Source of the DNA: Halanaerobiales bacterium
Lineage (GTDB): Bacteria; Bacillota; Halanaerobiia; Halanaerobiales; M55B127
Direction: 5' to 3'
NCBI GenBank assembly: GCA_034521955.1
Contig: JAXHLT010000006.1
Coordinates: forward strand, 65,528-129,527
DNA length: 64,000 nt
Shown piece after piece: positions 39,851 to 49,967 of this stretch. The number at the start of each line of letters is the position of its first letter. Positions within the stretch are counted from its first letter, which is position 1. The position numbers were made by a program, and so were the translations under genes. The notes under the pieces are model-generated. The model searched no databases. It was given only the letters and a program-made list of their open reading frames with translations, and was not told the origin of the DNA.

Positions 39851-40580
39851 TTGAAAGATAAAAGCACAATTTTATTTGACCTTGACGGTACATTATTACC
39901 GATTGATATGGATATTTTTATTAAAAGATATTTTAAATTACTTTCCGGCCATTTTGCTGACATCTTTGAACCTGAAGTACTTTATAGGTGTTGTTAACAA
40001 AGCGACAGAACAGATGATAAGAAATAATGGTCAAGATACAAATCAAGAAGTATTTTCTAAACACTTTTTTAAGTTGTTAAAGACAGAGGGTATTGAAACA
40101 AGTAGAGAAGAGATTTGGGATAGATTTTATGACTTTTATGAAAACAAATTCCCTACTTTAAAAAAATATTTTGAATTAGATGATTTAGGCTATAAAATGG
40201 TTGAGGCTGCAAAGGAAAAAAACTTCAATATGGTAATTGCAACCAATCCTTTATTCCCAATTGAAGCTATTGAATCACGTTTAGAATGGATTAATCTTAA
40301 TCCAAATGATTTCATGTATATAACATCTTATGAAAATATGCATTACTGTAAACCTAATATAGGATATTATAGAGAAATATTAGATAAAATTAATGGAGTT
40401 CCTCAGGACTGTGTTATGGTTGGTAATGATATGAGAGATGATATGGTTGCAAACAAAATAAAAATCAAAACTTTTCTAGCAGAAGATTTTATAGTTAAAA
40501 GAGAAGATATTGATATCAAACCTGATTGGCGTGGAAACCGCAAAGAGTTAATTGAACATATACAAGCACTGGAGGTATAA
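39851..40580 (+). pseudogene. HAD-superfamily hydrolase, +1 frame break near 39970..39980
   Basis: The frame from TTG 39851 encodes KDKSTILFDLDGTLLPIDMDIF...HFADIFEPE (HAD motif I) and stops at 39995. The listed ORF in the +1 frame carries the cap domain and motifs III/IV (MVGNDMRDDM). Confidence 0.6.
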
Positions 40581-40583
40581 ACA

Positions 40584-40961
40584 ATGAAAAACATTATAAA
40601 CACCAAGGATGCACCTGCTGCAATTGGCAGTTATTCTCAAGCTGTTGAAATTAATGGTACATTGTATATCAGTGGGCAGATACCATTTGATACAAATGGC
40701 AATATGATAACATCGTCTATTGAAGCTCAAACTGAACAGGTTTTAAAAAATATGGGTGCTATATTAAAAGAAGCCGGTGGAGATTACAGTAATGTTGTTA
40801 AAGCAACAGTTTATACAGATGACATTTCAAACTTTGAAAAGATTAACAAGGTATACCAACAATATTTTGGTGTTAAACCACCTGCAAGGGCATTTGTTGA
40901 GGTTGCTGCTCTTCCTAAAGGTGTTAATGTGGAAATTGAAGCTATAGCTGTCCTAGGATAA
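40584..40961 (+). CDS. ridA: RidA/YjgF-family reactive enamine/imine deaminase
   Basis: 125 aa with APAAIGSYSQAV...GQIP...ARAFVEVAALPKG...EIEAIA, typical RidA motifs. Confidence 0.85.
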   Translation: MKNIINTKDAPAAIGSYSQAVEINGTLYISGQIPFDTNGNMITSSIEAQTEQVLKNMGAILKEAGGDYSNVVKATVYTDDISNFEKINKVYQQYFGVKPPARAFVEVAALPKGVNVEIEAIAVLG

Positions 40962-41084
40962 ATAGGCCGTTTTATATATACCTTAGGTTGTAATGCGTTT
41001 TGTTCTCTAATGGAGGATTTTTAACTTTATTAGAGAATTAATAACCTGAGGGGGTGAGCCCTGTTAACATTAACAGGATTGCTT

Positions 41085-41741
41085 ATGCTAATTAATAAAA
41101 CCATCGAGGTTGCACTTCGTTGTCATCAGTGCGGCCGACTGGAAAAATCAAAATTTAATATATTTGAACTAAATGATGGTAACTTCTATGCCCTCAAATG
41201 TTCATGTGGAAGTACAAAAGCCCAGATTAAAACAAAGGGAAGCAAGTACATTCAGTTTGAATACAGTTGTTTTTTATGTGATGAAAAACACCGTGTGGTA
41301 TTAGATAAAAGTGATTTTTGGTCACAGGGTTCAATGAAAGATTTAAAATGTTTAAAAACTGGGCTTGAAATAGGCTATTACGGCCCTCAAGAATTAATTG
41401 ATAAAGAATTGGATAAACAAAAAAGGGAATTAAATATTTTAGCTGATGAACTGGGTTTAAATGATTATCAGGAACCCGAGATAATGTTAGAGGTTTTTAA
41501 CATAATTCATGATCGTGCATCGATGGATAAATTATACTGTGAATGTGGTAGCAAAGATATTGATATTAGACTTTATTCTAGTAAGATTGAACTTAAATGT
41601 ATGGACTGTGGAAGTATTATGAATATTTCTGCAGAGACAGAAAAACAGTTAAATGAGATAAAAACCAAAAGTGATATAGTTATTAAAAATATAGAAGGAT
41701 CTGAAAAGAAATGGTCTGATAATAAGTACAAGGGGGAATAA
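41085..41741 (+). CDS. Cys-rich hypothetical protein with zinc-ribbon-like modules
   Basis: CHQCG, CSCGS-x18-CFLCDEKH and CECGS-x16-CMDCGS spacing. The stop lies 2 nt before the fba start. The start could be TTG 41079 or ATG 41085. Confidence 0.5.
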   Translation: MLINKTIEVALRCHQCGRLEKSKFNIFELNDGNFYALKCSCGSTKAQIKTKGSKYIQFEYSCFLCDEKHRVVLDKSDFWSQGSMKDLKCLKTGLEIGYYGPQELIDKELDKQKRELNILADELGLNDYQEPEIMLEVFNIIHDRASMDKLYCECGSKDIDIRLYSSKIELKCMDCGSIMNISAETEKQLNEIKTKSDIVIKNIEGSEKKWSDNKYKGE

Positions 41742-41743
41742 AA

Positions 41744-42598
41744 ATGGGTTTAGTACCAATGGCAGATATTTTAGAAAAAGCAAATAAAGAGTATTATGCA
41801 GTAGGCGGATTTAATATTAATAATATGGAGTTTTTACAAGGAATTATTTGGGCCGCTGAAGAGACAGATTCACCATTAATTTTACAGGCAAGTGAGGGAG
41901 CTATTAAATACATAGGAATGGACTATGTAATGAGTATGGTTAAAGCAGCAGTAAAAGACACTCACATTCCTGTGGCATTACATTTAGACCACGGAAGTAG
42001 TTTTGATGTAATTATGAGATGTATTAGAGAAGGATTTAGTTCTGTTATGTTTGACGGATCTAAATATCCTTTCCAAGAAAATATTAAGTTAACCAAAGAA
42101 GTAGTTAAAGTTGCTCACAGTGTAGGTGTAACTGTAGAAGCTGAACTTGGTAAAATTGGTGGAGCAGAAGATGATGTTGTAGTTGAAGATAGGGATGCCA
42201 AATTTACAAATCCTGATGAAGCAGAGGAATTTGTAGAAAAAACCGGTGTTGATGCCTTAGCAATAGCAATTGGTACAGCACACGGTGTATATAAAGGCAA
42301 ACCTGAACTTGACTTTGATCGTTTAGATAAAATAAATTCTTTACTTAATATGCCTTTAGTTTTACATGGTGCATCTGGAGTACCAGAAGAAGCTGTACGT
42401 AAAGCAGTAACAATGGGTATTAATAAAGTTAATGTTAATACTGCTTTCCAGCAGGCATTTACAGCAAAAATTAGAGAATTATTTGCTAATGATTCTAAGT
42501 TGTATGACCCAAGAAAGTACTGTGGACCTGGAAGAGATGCAATTAAAGCAAAAGTTAAAGAAAAAATTGAGATTTTAGGTAGTAAAAACAAAGCATAG
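41744..42598 (+). CDS. fba: Class II fructose-1,6-bisphosphate aldolase
   Basis: YAVGGFNINN, ALHLDHG and LVLHGASG motifs. 284 aa. Confidence 0.9.
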   Translation: MGLVPMADILEKANKEYYAVGGFNINNMEFLQGIIWAAEETDSPLILQASEGAIKYIGMDYVMSMVKAAVKDTHIPVALHLDHGSSFDVIMRCIREGFSSVMFDGSKYPFQENIKLTKEVVKVAHSVGVTVEAELGKIGGAEDDVVVEDRDAKFTNPDEAEEFVEKTGVDALAIAIGTAHGVYKGKPELDFDRLDKINSLLNMPLVLHGASGVPEEAVRKAVTMGINKVNVNTAFQQAFTAKIRELFANDSKLYDPRKYCGPGRDAIKAKVKEKIEILGSKNKA

Positions 42599-42612
42599 AT
42601 ATTAATTTATAG

Positions 42613-42636
42613 GGGTATTCATCTGGATGCCCTTTT
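42613..42636 (+). terminator. Intrinsic terminator candidate
   Basis: GGGTATTC / GGATGCCC stem (two G-U pairs), loop ATCT, then TTTT. Confidence 0.5.
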
Positions 42637-42705
42637 AATCCTTCCTTTTTCCTACCACTAAAACAACTTATCTAAAGAAAGTTTCTTTGAAAGGGGTAAT
42701 AAATA

Positions 42706-43716
42706 TTGAATATATGGTTAGAGTTTTTGATAATGGCTGTCCTAATTATTGTATCAGGAACTTATTTATCTAGATTTGGAGATGTAATAGCTGATAAAAC
42801 TGGTCTAGGTCAGGCAATTATTGGTGTTGCTTTAATTGCAATGGCAACCTCACTACCTGAAGTAGTTACAAGTTCAACTTCGGGATTTTTAAATGCCCCC
42901 AATTTAGCTGTGGGGAATGCATTTGGAAGTAATACATTTAACTTGTTGATCTTAGGTATTGTGGATGTAATGCATGATAATAAATTACCGCTTTCCTTTA
43001 GTTTAAACTATTCTCATGTTATGACAGGTGCCTGGGGTATTTTGCTTTCCGCAATTGTTGTAATTTCAATAATTATTGCTAATTTTACCAACTATAGTTT
43101 AGGTATATTTGGTGTTGGATTAGATAGTATAATAATTCTTTTAACTTACTTTCTAGCGATGTTTTTGATAGTTAGATTTGAAAGAAAAAATCCTTTAGAT
43201 GAAAGTAAAAGAGAAGAAGTGCCTTTTTTAAAAACTTCTTTACAAAAGGCAAGCCTAGGTTTTGCAGTCTGTGCAGCAGTAATTGTTTATGCTGGAGTAA
43301 GGTTAGCAGTTACTGGTGATCAAATTGCAACTATGACCGGGATTGATCAGACTTTTATAGGTAGTATATTAATAGCTGCAGCAACTTCACTACCAGAACT
43401 TGTGACAGCAATAGCAGCTGTTAAAATTAAAGCATATGATATGGCTGCAGGAAATGTGTTAGGTAGTAATATTTTTAATATGAGTATTGTCTTTTTTGCA
43501 GATATATTTTACAGAGAAGGATATTTACTGTCTTCTGTAAGGATGCTTCATTTAATTACTGCTTCAATCGGTATTATAATGTCTTCAATATTTATAGTTG
43601 GACTGTTTTATAAATCAAAGAGAAAAATATTTGGAATTGGTTGGGATTCACTAGCGGTTTTTGCTGTGTATATACTAGGATTTTATCTACTATATCAATT
43701 AGGAGTCGCCATTTAA
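42706..43716 (+). CDS. CaCA-family cation/Ca2+ exchanger (YrbG-like)
   Basis: Two alpha-repeat motifs, GNAFGSNTFNLL and GNVLGSNIFNM, in a ~10-TM protein. TTG start. Confidence 0.7.
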   Translation: MNIWLEFLIMAVLIIVSGTYLSRFGDVIADKTGLGQAIIGVALIAMATSLPEVVTSSTSGFLNAPNLAVGNAFGSNTFNLLILGIVDVMHDNKLPLSFSLNYSHVMTGAWGILLSAIVVISIIIANFTNYSLGIFGVGLDSIIILLTYFLAMFLIVRFERKNPLDESKREEVPFLKTSLQKASLGFAVCAAVIVYAGVRLAVTGDQIATMTGIDQTFIGSILIAAATSLPELVTAIAAVKIKAYDMAAGNVLGSNIFNMSIVFFADIFYREGYLLSSVRMLHLITASIGIIMSSIFIVGLFYKSKRKIFGIGWDSLAVFAVYILGFYLLYQLGVAI

Positions 43717-43737
43717 AAAAAGAGAGGTGTAAAAGAT

Positions 43738-45000
43738 TTGTTAAACATAAGTGAATTAGAAAAAAAGACGATTACAGAACTACATAATTTAGCTAAGGAA
43801 TTAGATATTTCAGGTTATACAACAATGCGAAAAAGAGATCTAATTTTTGCTATTTTAAGAAATGAAACAGAAAAGGGAGGAAATATTTTCGCAGAAGGAG
43901 TTTTAGATGTCATATCTAATGAAGGTTATGGATTTTTAAGACCTTCCAAATATGTACCTTCAAGTGATGATATATATATATCTGCCTCTCAAATTAGAAG
44001 ATTTGATTTAAGATCTGGTGATGTTGTATCAGGTCAGGTAAGAGAACCAAAAGAAAACGAAAAATACTTTGCACTGCTTAGAATTGAAGCTGTTAACTAT
44101 CAGGACCCTGAAAAGGCAACTGAAAGAGCATACTTTGAAGATTTAACACCTTTGTATCCAGAGGAAAGATTAAGGTTAGAATATAATAGATCAGACGTTT
44201 CAACAAGGTTAATGGACCTTGTTGCTCCAATTGGCAAAGGACAAAGGGGTTTAATTGTATCACCACCTAAAGCAGGTAAAACTGTACTATTAAAAAAGAT
44301 TGCTAATAGTATTAGACACAATTATCCTAATGTTAGGATGATGATACTATTAATTGATGAAAGACCGGAAGAAGTTACTGATATGTCAAGGTCAGTTGAT
44401 GCTGAAGTTATTAGTTCAACTTTTGATGAAGCACCTGAACAGCATATTCAGGTTGCAAAGTTAGTTTTAAAGAAAGCTAAAAGACTTGTAGAACAAAAGT
44501 ATGATGTAGTTATTTTACTTGATAGTATTACCAGATTAGCACGTGCATCAAATATTACTGTACCTCCAAGTGGAAGGACACTTTCTGGTGGATTAGATCC
44601 ATCTGCAATGCACTTTCCAAAAAGTTTTTTTGGTGCAGCCCGTAATGTAGAAGAGGGTGGTAGTTTAAGTATTTTAGCTACATCTTTAGTTGAAACGGGA
44701 AGTAGAATGGATGATGTAATTTATGAAGAGTTTAAAGGAACGGGTAACATGGAACTACATTTAAGCAGAGAACTGGCAGAAAGAAGAATATTCCCGGCAA
44801 TTGATATTCAAAAATCAGGAACTAGAAAAGAAGAACTAATCTTAGATGATGAAGAATTAGATGTAATGTGGGGTCTTAGAAAACAGATTGCACAGTCACG
44901 TCCATATGACATCATGGATACCTTTATCAAACAGATTAAAAACACAAAAGATAATAAAGAGCTTTTAGGAGCTTTAAAACAGATCATAAAAAAGAAATAA
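43738..45000 (+). CDS. rho: Transcription termination factor Rho
   Basis: N-terminal [21 protein letters not shown]-binding GFLR motif, Walker A PPKAGKT. 420 aa. Confidence 0.95.
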   Translation: MLNISELEKKTITELHNLAKELDISGYTTMRKRDLIFAILRNETEKGGNIFAEGVLDVISNEGYGFLRPSKYVPSSDDIYISASQIRRFDLRSGDVVSGQVREPKENEKYFALLRIEAVNYQDPEKATERAYFEDLTPLYPEERLRLEYNRSDVSTRLMDLVAPIGKGQRGLIVSPPKAGKTVLLKKIANSIRHNYPNVRMMILLIDERPEEVTDMSRSVDAEVISSTFDEAPEQHIQVAKLVLKKAKRLVEQKYDVVILLDSITRLARASNITVPPSGRTLSGGLDPSAMHFPKSFFGAARNVEEGGSLSILATSLVETGSRMDDVIYEEFKGTGNMELHLSRELAERRIFPAIDIQKSGTRKEELILDDEELDVMWGLRKQIAQSRPYDIMDTFIKQIKNTKDNKELLGALKQIIKKK

Positions 45001-45054
45001 TTTCTTGATATATGAACTACTTTTATATATAATATAGGTTGGCTGCTTTGAAAG

Positions 45055-45083
45055 TTGCATACTAAAATTTACTATGTTATAAT
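45055..45083 (+). promoter_or_regulatory. Strong sigma-A-type promoter candidate for rpmE
   Basis: TTGCAT (45055..45060), 17-nt spacer, extended -10 TGTTATAAT (45075..45083). Confidence 0.6.
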
Positions 45084-45170
45084 TATTCTAGCTGTCAAAA
45101 GGCAATTTAAATTTAATAATTTATAATATAAAAAAGTTTAAGTAAGACTGTTTAGAAAGAGGTGATATAT

Positions 45171-45392
45171 ATGCAGAAAGAGTTACATCCTGAATTTAAG
45201 GAAACTACTATTACATGTGCTTGTGGTGAAGAATATGTTACTAAATCCACTGGTGAAAGTATGCGTGTTGAGGTATGTTCTAGTTGCCATCCTTTCTATA
45301 CTGGTAAAAAGCGTAGAGCTGCTAAAGGTGGTAGAGTTGAAAGATTCAATAAAAAGTATGGACTATCTGATGAAGAAACTGAAGAAGAATAG
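45171..45392 (+). CDS. rpmE: 50S ribosomal protein L31 (Zn-ribbon type A)
   Basis: MQKELHPEF..., CACG...[21 protein letters not shown]. Confidence 0.95.
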   Translation: MQKELHPEFKETTITCACGEEYVTKSTGESMRVEVCSSCHPFYTGKKRRAAKGGRVERFNKKYGLSDEETEEE

Positions 45393-45411
45393 TTATTTTT
45401 TTAACAATAAT

Positions 45412-45437
45412 GCAGGGCCTCAGCTCTGCTTTTTTTC
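45412..45437 (+). terminator. Intrinsic terminator
   Basis: GCAGGGC / GCTCTGC stem followed by a run of 8 T. Confidence 0.8.
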
Positions 45438-45479
45438 TTATGTAAATTAAAATAAGTAAACTAAGAGGTGTATACTTGC

Positions 45480-46061
45480 ATGTATAAGATTAACAACAGT
45501 GGTTGGATAGAGATCATAACTGGTCCTATGTATTCTGGTAAAAGTGAAGAGTTAATCAGAAGGATTAGAAGAGTAAAAATTGCCAAAAAAAATGTTAAAG
45601 TATTTAAACCAATTATTGATAACAGATACAGTAATGATAATGTTGTTTCCCATAGTGGAGATAGTATAGAAGCAATACCGGTTGACCATCCTGAAGAACT
45701 TTATGATAGATTAGATGATGACACTGAAGTTGTAGCAATTGATGAAATTCAGTTTTTTTCTGAAGAAATAGTTGAAATAATTGAGACTCTAGCAGATGAG
45801 GGAATGAGAGTTATAGTTGCGGGACTAGATCGCGACTTTAAGAATGAACCATTTACACCAGTACCTGAGCTATTAGCTAGAGCGGAATATATAGAAAAGT
45901 TACATGCAATATGTCTTCAGTGTGGAGATCCGGCAACCAGAACACAAAGATTAATTGATGGTGAACCAGCATCATATGATGACCCGTTAATTTTAATCGG
46001 GGCAACTGAAAACTATGAAGCAAGGTGTAGAAGCTGTCATGAAGTTAAGGATAAACCTTAA
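45480..46061 (+). CDS. tdk: Thymidine kinase
   Basis: [12 protein letters not shown]-loop and C-terminal Zn motif CLQCG...CRSCH. AAGAGGTG RBS 9 nt before ATG 45480. Confidence 0.9.
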   Translation: MYKINNSGWIEIITGPMYSGKSEELIRRIRRVKIAKKNVKVFKPIIDNRYSNDNVVSHSGDSIEAIPVDHPEELYDRLDDDTEVVAIDEIQFFSEEIVEIIETLADEGMRVIVAGLDRDFKNEPFTPVPELLARAEYIEKLHAICLQCGDPATRTQRLIDGEPASYDDPLILIGATENYEARCRSCHEVKDKP

Positions 46062-46072
46062 AGGAGAAAAAA

Positions 46073-46957
46073 ATGAATAATAAAGTAGATTACGGAGGGC
46101 AAGCAGTCATTGAAGGTGTAATGATGAAAGGCCTAAACCGTCTTGCTATTGCAGTAAGAAAACCAGACAATTCAATAGTTGTAAAAAAACAAAAATTAAA
46201 TCCTTTGACTGAAAGATTTAAATTCTTGGGTTGGCCTCTTATTAGAGGTGTGGTAGCCCTTTTTAGTTCTTTGATTTTAGGTATGAAGTCGTTAAGCTTC
46301 GCAGCCAATCAAGCTACTGAAGAAGATGAAGAACTTTCTCCTTTAGAGATGGGACTTACTATATTACTATCTCTGGGGTTAGCAATTTTACTGTTTGTAG
46401 CATTACCGGCTGGAATTATAGCATTGATACAAAAGTATATAGACTATAACTTAGTACTTAATTTTTTAGAAGGACTAATAAAGGTAACAGCCTTTTTGTT
46501 ATATATAATTTTTATATCCAGATTAGATGATATTAAACGAGTTTTTATGTACCATGGTGCCGAACACAAAGTTATTCATAATTTTGAATCAGGTAAAGAA
46601 CTATCTATTGAAAATGCAAAAGAATTTACAACTTTACATGCCAGATGTGGTACAAACTTTATGTTTATTGTAATAATATTAAGTATCTTATTTTTCTCTT
46701 TTTTCGGTAGACCTCCTGTATTACAAAGAATTTTATACCACTTAATGTTACTACCTGTAATAGCAGGAACATCATATGAAGTAATTAAATTGGCCGGTGG
46801 TGAAGATGTTAATCCGGTAATTAAGGTGCTGTCAACACCAGGACTATGGTTGCAGAAATTAACAACTAGAGAACCTGATGAAGACATGTTAGAAGTAGCT
46901 ATTACAGCACTTAAAGGAGTACTACCAGGAGAAGAAAGCGAGGAAGAAAATGTTTGA
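46073..46957 (+). CDS. DUF1385-family membrane protein
   Basis: [13 protein letters not shown]-terminus and HGAEHK motif, with 4-5 TM helices. Overlaps the prfA start by 8 nt. Confidence 0.65.
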   Translation: MNNKVDYGGQAVIEGVMMKGLNRLAIAVRKPDNSIVVKKQKLNPLTERFKFLGWPLIRGVVALFSSLILGMKSLSFAANQATEEDEELSPLEMGLTILLSLGLAILLFVALPAGIIALIQKYIDYNLVLNFLEGLIKVTAFLLYIIFISRLDDIKRVFMYHGAEHKVIHNFESGKELSIENAKEFTTLHARCGTNFMFIVIILSILFFSFFGRPPVLQRILYHLMLLPVIAGTSYEVIKLAGGEDVNPVIKVLSTPGLWLQKLTTREPDEDMLEVAITALKGVLPGEESEEENV

Positions 46958-48021
46958 TTTAGAAGAAAAACTTGAAGAAAAATTTGAACAGTATCAAAAA
47001 TTAAATACAAAAATAAGTGATCCTAAAGTAATGAATGATTCAAATAAATATCAAAAGTTACTGAAAAAACATGCAAAACTAAAAAAACTTATCGGATATT
47101 ATAAAGAATATAAAAAGATCAAAGAGGGAATAAGTGAAGCTGAACAGCTAATGAAAGAAGATGATTCAGAGATGAAAGAATTAGCTGAAATGGAACTGGC
47201 TGAACTTAGACCCCGACTAGAAGAACTTGAAGAAGAACTTCCTGTTATGCTTTTACCTGAAAATCCAGATGATGAGAAAAACGTTATTATAGAAATTAGA
47301 GCCGGAGCCGGTGGGGATGAAGCCGGTCTTTTTGCAGCTGATTTATTTAGAATGTATACAAGATATTCTGAAAATAGTAACTGGAAATGGGAAGTAATGA
47401 ATGCTAATGAATCCGGTGTAGGAGGATTTAAAGAGGTAATTTTCTCTGTAGAAGGTGATGATGTATATAGAAACTTAAAGTATGAAAGTGGTGTACACCG
47501 TGTGCAGAGAGTACCTTCCACAGAATCCAGTGGTAGAATTCATACTTCAACTGCTACAGTTGCAGTTTTACCTGAAGCTGAAGAAGTGGATATTGATATT
47601 GATCCTAATGATCTTAGAATTGATTATTTCCGTTCCAGTGGTCCAGGAGGACAGAGTGTAAATACAACTGACTCAGCTGTTAGAATTACACATGAGCCAA
47701 CAGATTTGACTGTATCCTGTCAGGATGAAAAATCACAGCATAAAAATAAAGCAAAAGCAATGCGAGTTCTAAGAGCAAGATTGAAAGAAAAAATGGAAAA
47801 AGAAAAACAAGAAGAAAGAGCAGAAGCAAGAAAAAGTCAGATTGGTACAGGTCAAAGAAGTGAAAAAATAAGAACATATAACTTTCCACAAGGGAAGAGT
47901 TAGTGACCATAGAATTAATTTAACCGTTCATAAATTAGAACAGATACTTGATGGGGAACTTGATGTAGTTGTCGAACCATTAATTGAAGAGGATACATTA
48001 AAGAAACTCGAGAAGGTGTAG
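46950..48021 (+). pseudogene. prfA: Peptide chain release factor 1 with a +1 frame break at 47892..47897
   Basis: RF1-type PST tripeptide ([14 protein letters not shown]) and SGPGGQSVN (GGQ). The 0-frame ends ...YNFPQGKS* at 47903. The +1 frame reads [23 protein letters not shown]... to the TAG at 48019..48021, restoring the conserved YNFPQGRV(T/S)DHR. Confidence 0.85.
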
Positions 48022-48026
48022 AAAAG

Positions 48027-48884
48027 TTGAATATTAAAGAAGTTTTAGCTAACACAGAAGATTTTTTTAAAAAAAATAATATAGATAATCCCAGATTGGA
48101 TGCTGAAGTATTACTCGCAGAACTTCTTGATATGGAAAGAATAAAACTATACGTAAACTTTGATTATCCTCTAAAAGAAGATGAAATTGCAAAGTATAGA
48201 GAAATGATAAAATTAAGAGCTAAAAGAATTCCAGTAGCATATATAACAGGTCACAAAGAATTTATGTCCTTAGACTTTTATGTAAATCAAAATGTTTTGC
48301 TTCCCAGGCCCGAAACAGAGATATTAGTAGAATATTTAATAGACTATTTTAATGAAAAAGATATGGGGAAAATAAATATTGTAGAAGTGGGTACTGGTAG
48401 TGGAGCAATTATTGTAAGTTTGGGACACTACTTAAAGAACGCTAGGATATTAGGTGTTGAAATAGATAAAAAGGCTATCGAGGTAACTAAAAAAAACATT
48501 GATAGATATAGTTTGAATGATAGGCTTAAAGTAACAAAGGGAGATTTATTAGAACCCTTAATAAAAAGGGAAATTAAAAATCTTAACCTAGTTGTTTCTA
48601 ATCCACCCTATATTAGTGAAAAAGAGATGGAGACACTACCACCTGAAGTAAAACAAGAGCCTAAAAAAGCTTTATATGGTGGTAAAGACGGACTTAAATT
48701 TTATAAAGAGTTAATACCACAGGCTAACGAAGTCTTAACAGAAAATGGTATGATTGCTCTTGAAATTGGGTATACTCAGGCTGAAGAAGTTGAAAAAATA
48801 CTAAGAGATAATGATTTCATAAATGTAGATGTTAGAAAAGATTATGCTGATAAGGACCGCTTTGTATTAGCTTATAAGGGGTAG
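48027..48884 (+). CDS. prmC: Release factor glutamine N5-methyltransferase
   Basis: SAM motif VEVGTGSGAI and catalytic NPPY. 285 aa, immediately downstream of prfA. Confidence 0.85.
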   Translation: MNIKEVLANTEDFFKKNNIDNPRLDAEVLLAELLDMERIKLYVNFDYPLKEDEIAKYREMIKLRAKRIPVAYITGHKEFMSLDFYVNQNVLLPRPETEILVEYLIDYFNEKDMGKINIVEVGTGSGAIIVSLGHYLKNARILGVEIDKKAIEVTKKNIDRYSLNDRLKVTKGDLLEPLIKREIKNLNLVVSNPPYISEKEMETLPPEVKQEPKKALYGGKDGLKFYKELIPQANEVLTENGMIALEIGYTQAEEVEKILRDNDFINVDVRKDYADKDRFVLAYKG

Positions 48885-48888
48885 AAAA

Positions 48889-49953
48889 ATGTATAATACT
48901 GAAGTTTTAAAAATTGAGGATAACTTAATAAAGGATAATAGGATATCCGATATAAAAGATACTGTTGTAATTAAAAAAGCAGCTGATCTTATCAAAAAAG
49001 GTGAAGTAGTTGCTTTTCCAACTGAAACAGTCTATGGATTAGGAGCTAATGCCTTAAATTCTAGTGCAGTTAAGAAAATATTTAAGGCTAAAGGCAGACC
49101 TTCTGACAATCCCCTTATTGCTCATATTTCGAATAAAAAACAACTTGCTAGTTTAATTAATACAGATATATCAGAGGTTGTTGAAAGTTTGATAAGTGAG
49201 TTTTGGCCCGGTCCTTTAACAATAATTTTTAATAAAAGTAAGATAGTTCCTGATATAACTACAGCATCACTAAATACAGTTGCTGTTAGAATGCCTTCAC
49301 ATCCAGTAGCATTGGCTTTAATTGAAGAAGTTCAATCACCTCTTGCTGCTCCTAGTGCTAATTCATCCGGTTTACCGTCTCCAACAAAAGCAGAACATGT
49401 ATATAATGATTTAGAAGGAAAGATCCCCCTTATTGTTGATGGGGGAATTTGTAATATAGGGGTAGAATCTACAGTAATTGAAATAATAGACAATCAAGTT
49501 AATATTTTAAGACCGGGTGGAATTACTAAAGAGATGATAATAAATAGAGTTGGCACGGCCTTCAAGGTGATTTCAGAGCATAATAAAAAAGTGGACAATC
49601 CTAAGTCACCTGGAATGAAGTACAAACATTATTCACCACAAACTCCGTTATGGATTGTTAAAAAAGATAGTATTAACAATATTTTTTCAGACAATAAGTT
49701 ACCAAATCATAAGACATTATTTATTCTTACAAAAGAAACTGTTGACAATGTTAATTTAAAAGAAGTTGATGCTGACATAGAAAATATGGGTTCAATCAAT
49801 GATTTAAATTATATAGCTAAACACTTGTTTAATCTATTAAGAGATGCTGATAAAAAAGGTTATGACTTAATTTTGATTGAAGAAGTACCCGATAAGGATA
49901 TTGGTGAAGCAATTATGAATAGATTAAAAAAAGCAGCTTTTAAAATAATTTAA
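48889..49953 (+). CDS. tsaC: L-threonylcarbamoyladenylate synthase, long Sua5/YwlC type
   Basis: YrdC-domain motifs FPTETVYGLGANA and KGRPSDNPLI, plus a C-terminal Sua5 domain. 354 aa. Confidence 0.85.
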   Translation: MYNTEVLKIEDNLIKDNRISDIKDTVVIKKAADLIKKGEVVAFPTETVYGLGANALNSSAVKKIFKAKGRPSDNPLIAHISNKKQLASLINTDISEVVESLISEFWPGPLTIIFNKSKIVPDITTASLNTVAVRMPSHPVALALIEEVQSPLAAPSANSSGLPSPTKAEHVYNDLEGKIPLIVDGGICNIGVESTVIEIIDNQVNILRPGGITKEMIINRVGTAFKVISEHNKKVDNPKSPGMKYKHYSPQTPLWIVKKDSINNIFSDNKLPNHKTLFILTKETVDNVNLKEVDADIENMGSINDLNYIAKHLFNLLRDADKKGYDLILIEEVPDKDIGEAIMNRLKKAAFKII

Positions 49954-49967
49954 AAAGGAGAGTTGAT

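Noticed and set aside
45217-45450. 77 aa ORF overlapping rpmE in an alternative frame; likewise 49981..50184 inside ywlE and 59005..59241 inside atpD.
   Set aside because: These are alternative-frame ORFs inside highly conserved genes. They have no independent signals and typical AT-rich off-frame composition.
47880-47910. Possibility that the prfA break is a programmed +1 frameshift analogous to prfB.
   Set aside because: Homology (YNFPQGRV.DHR) forces the frame change into GGGAAG, two codons before the TAG. There is no slippery P-site codon at a stop and no SD-like element at the right spacing. RF1 autoregulation at UAG via frameshifting is not established.
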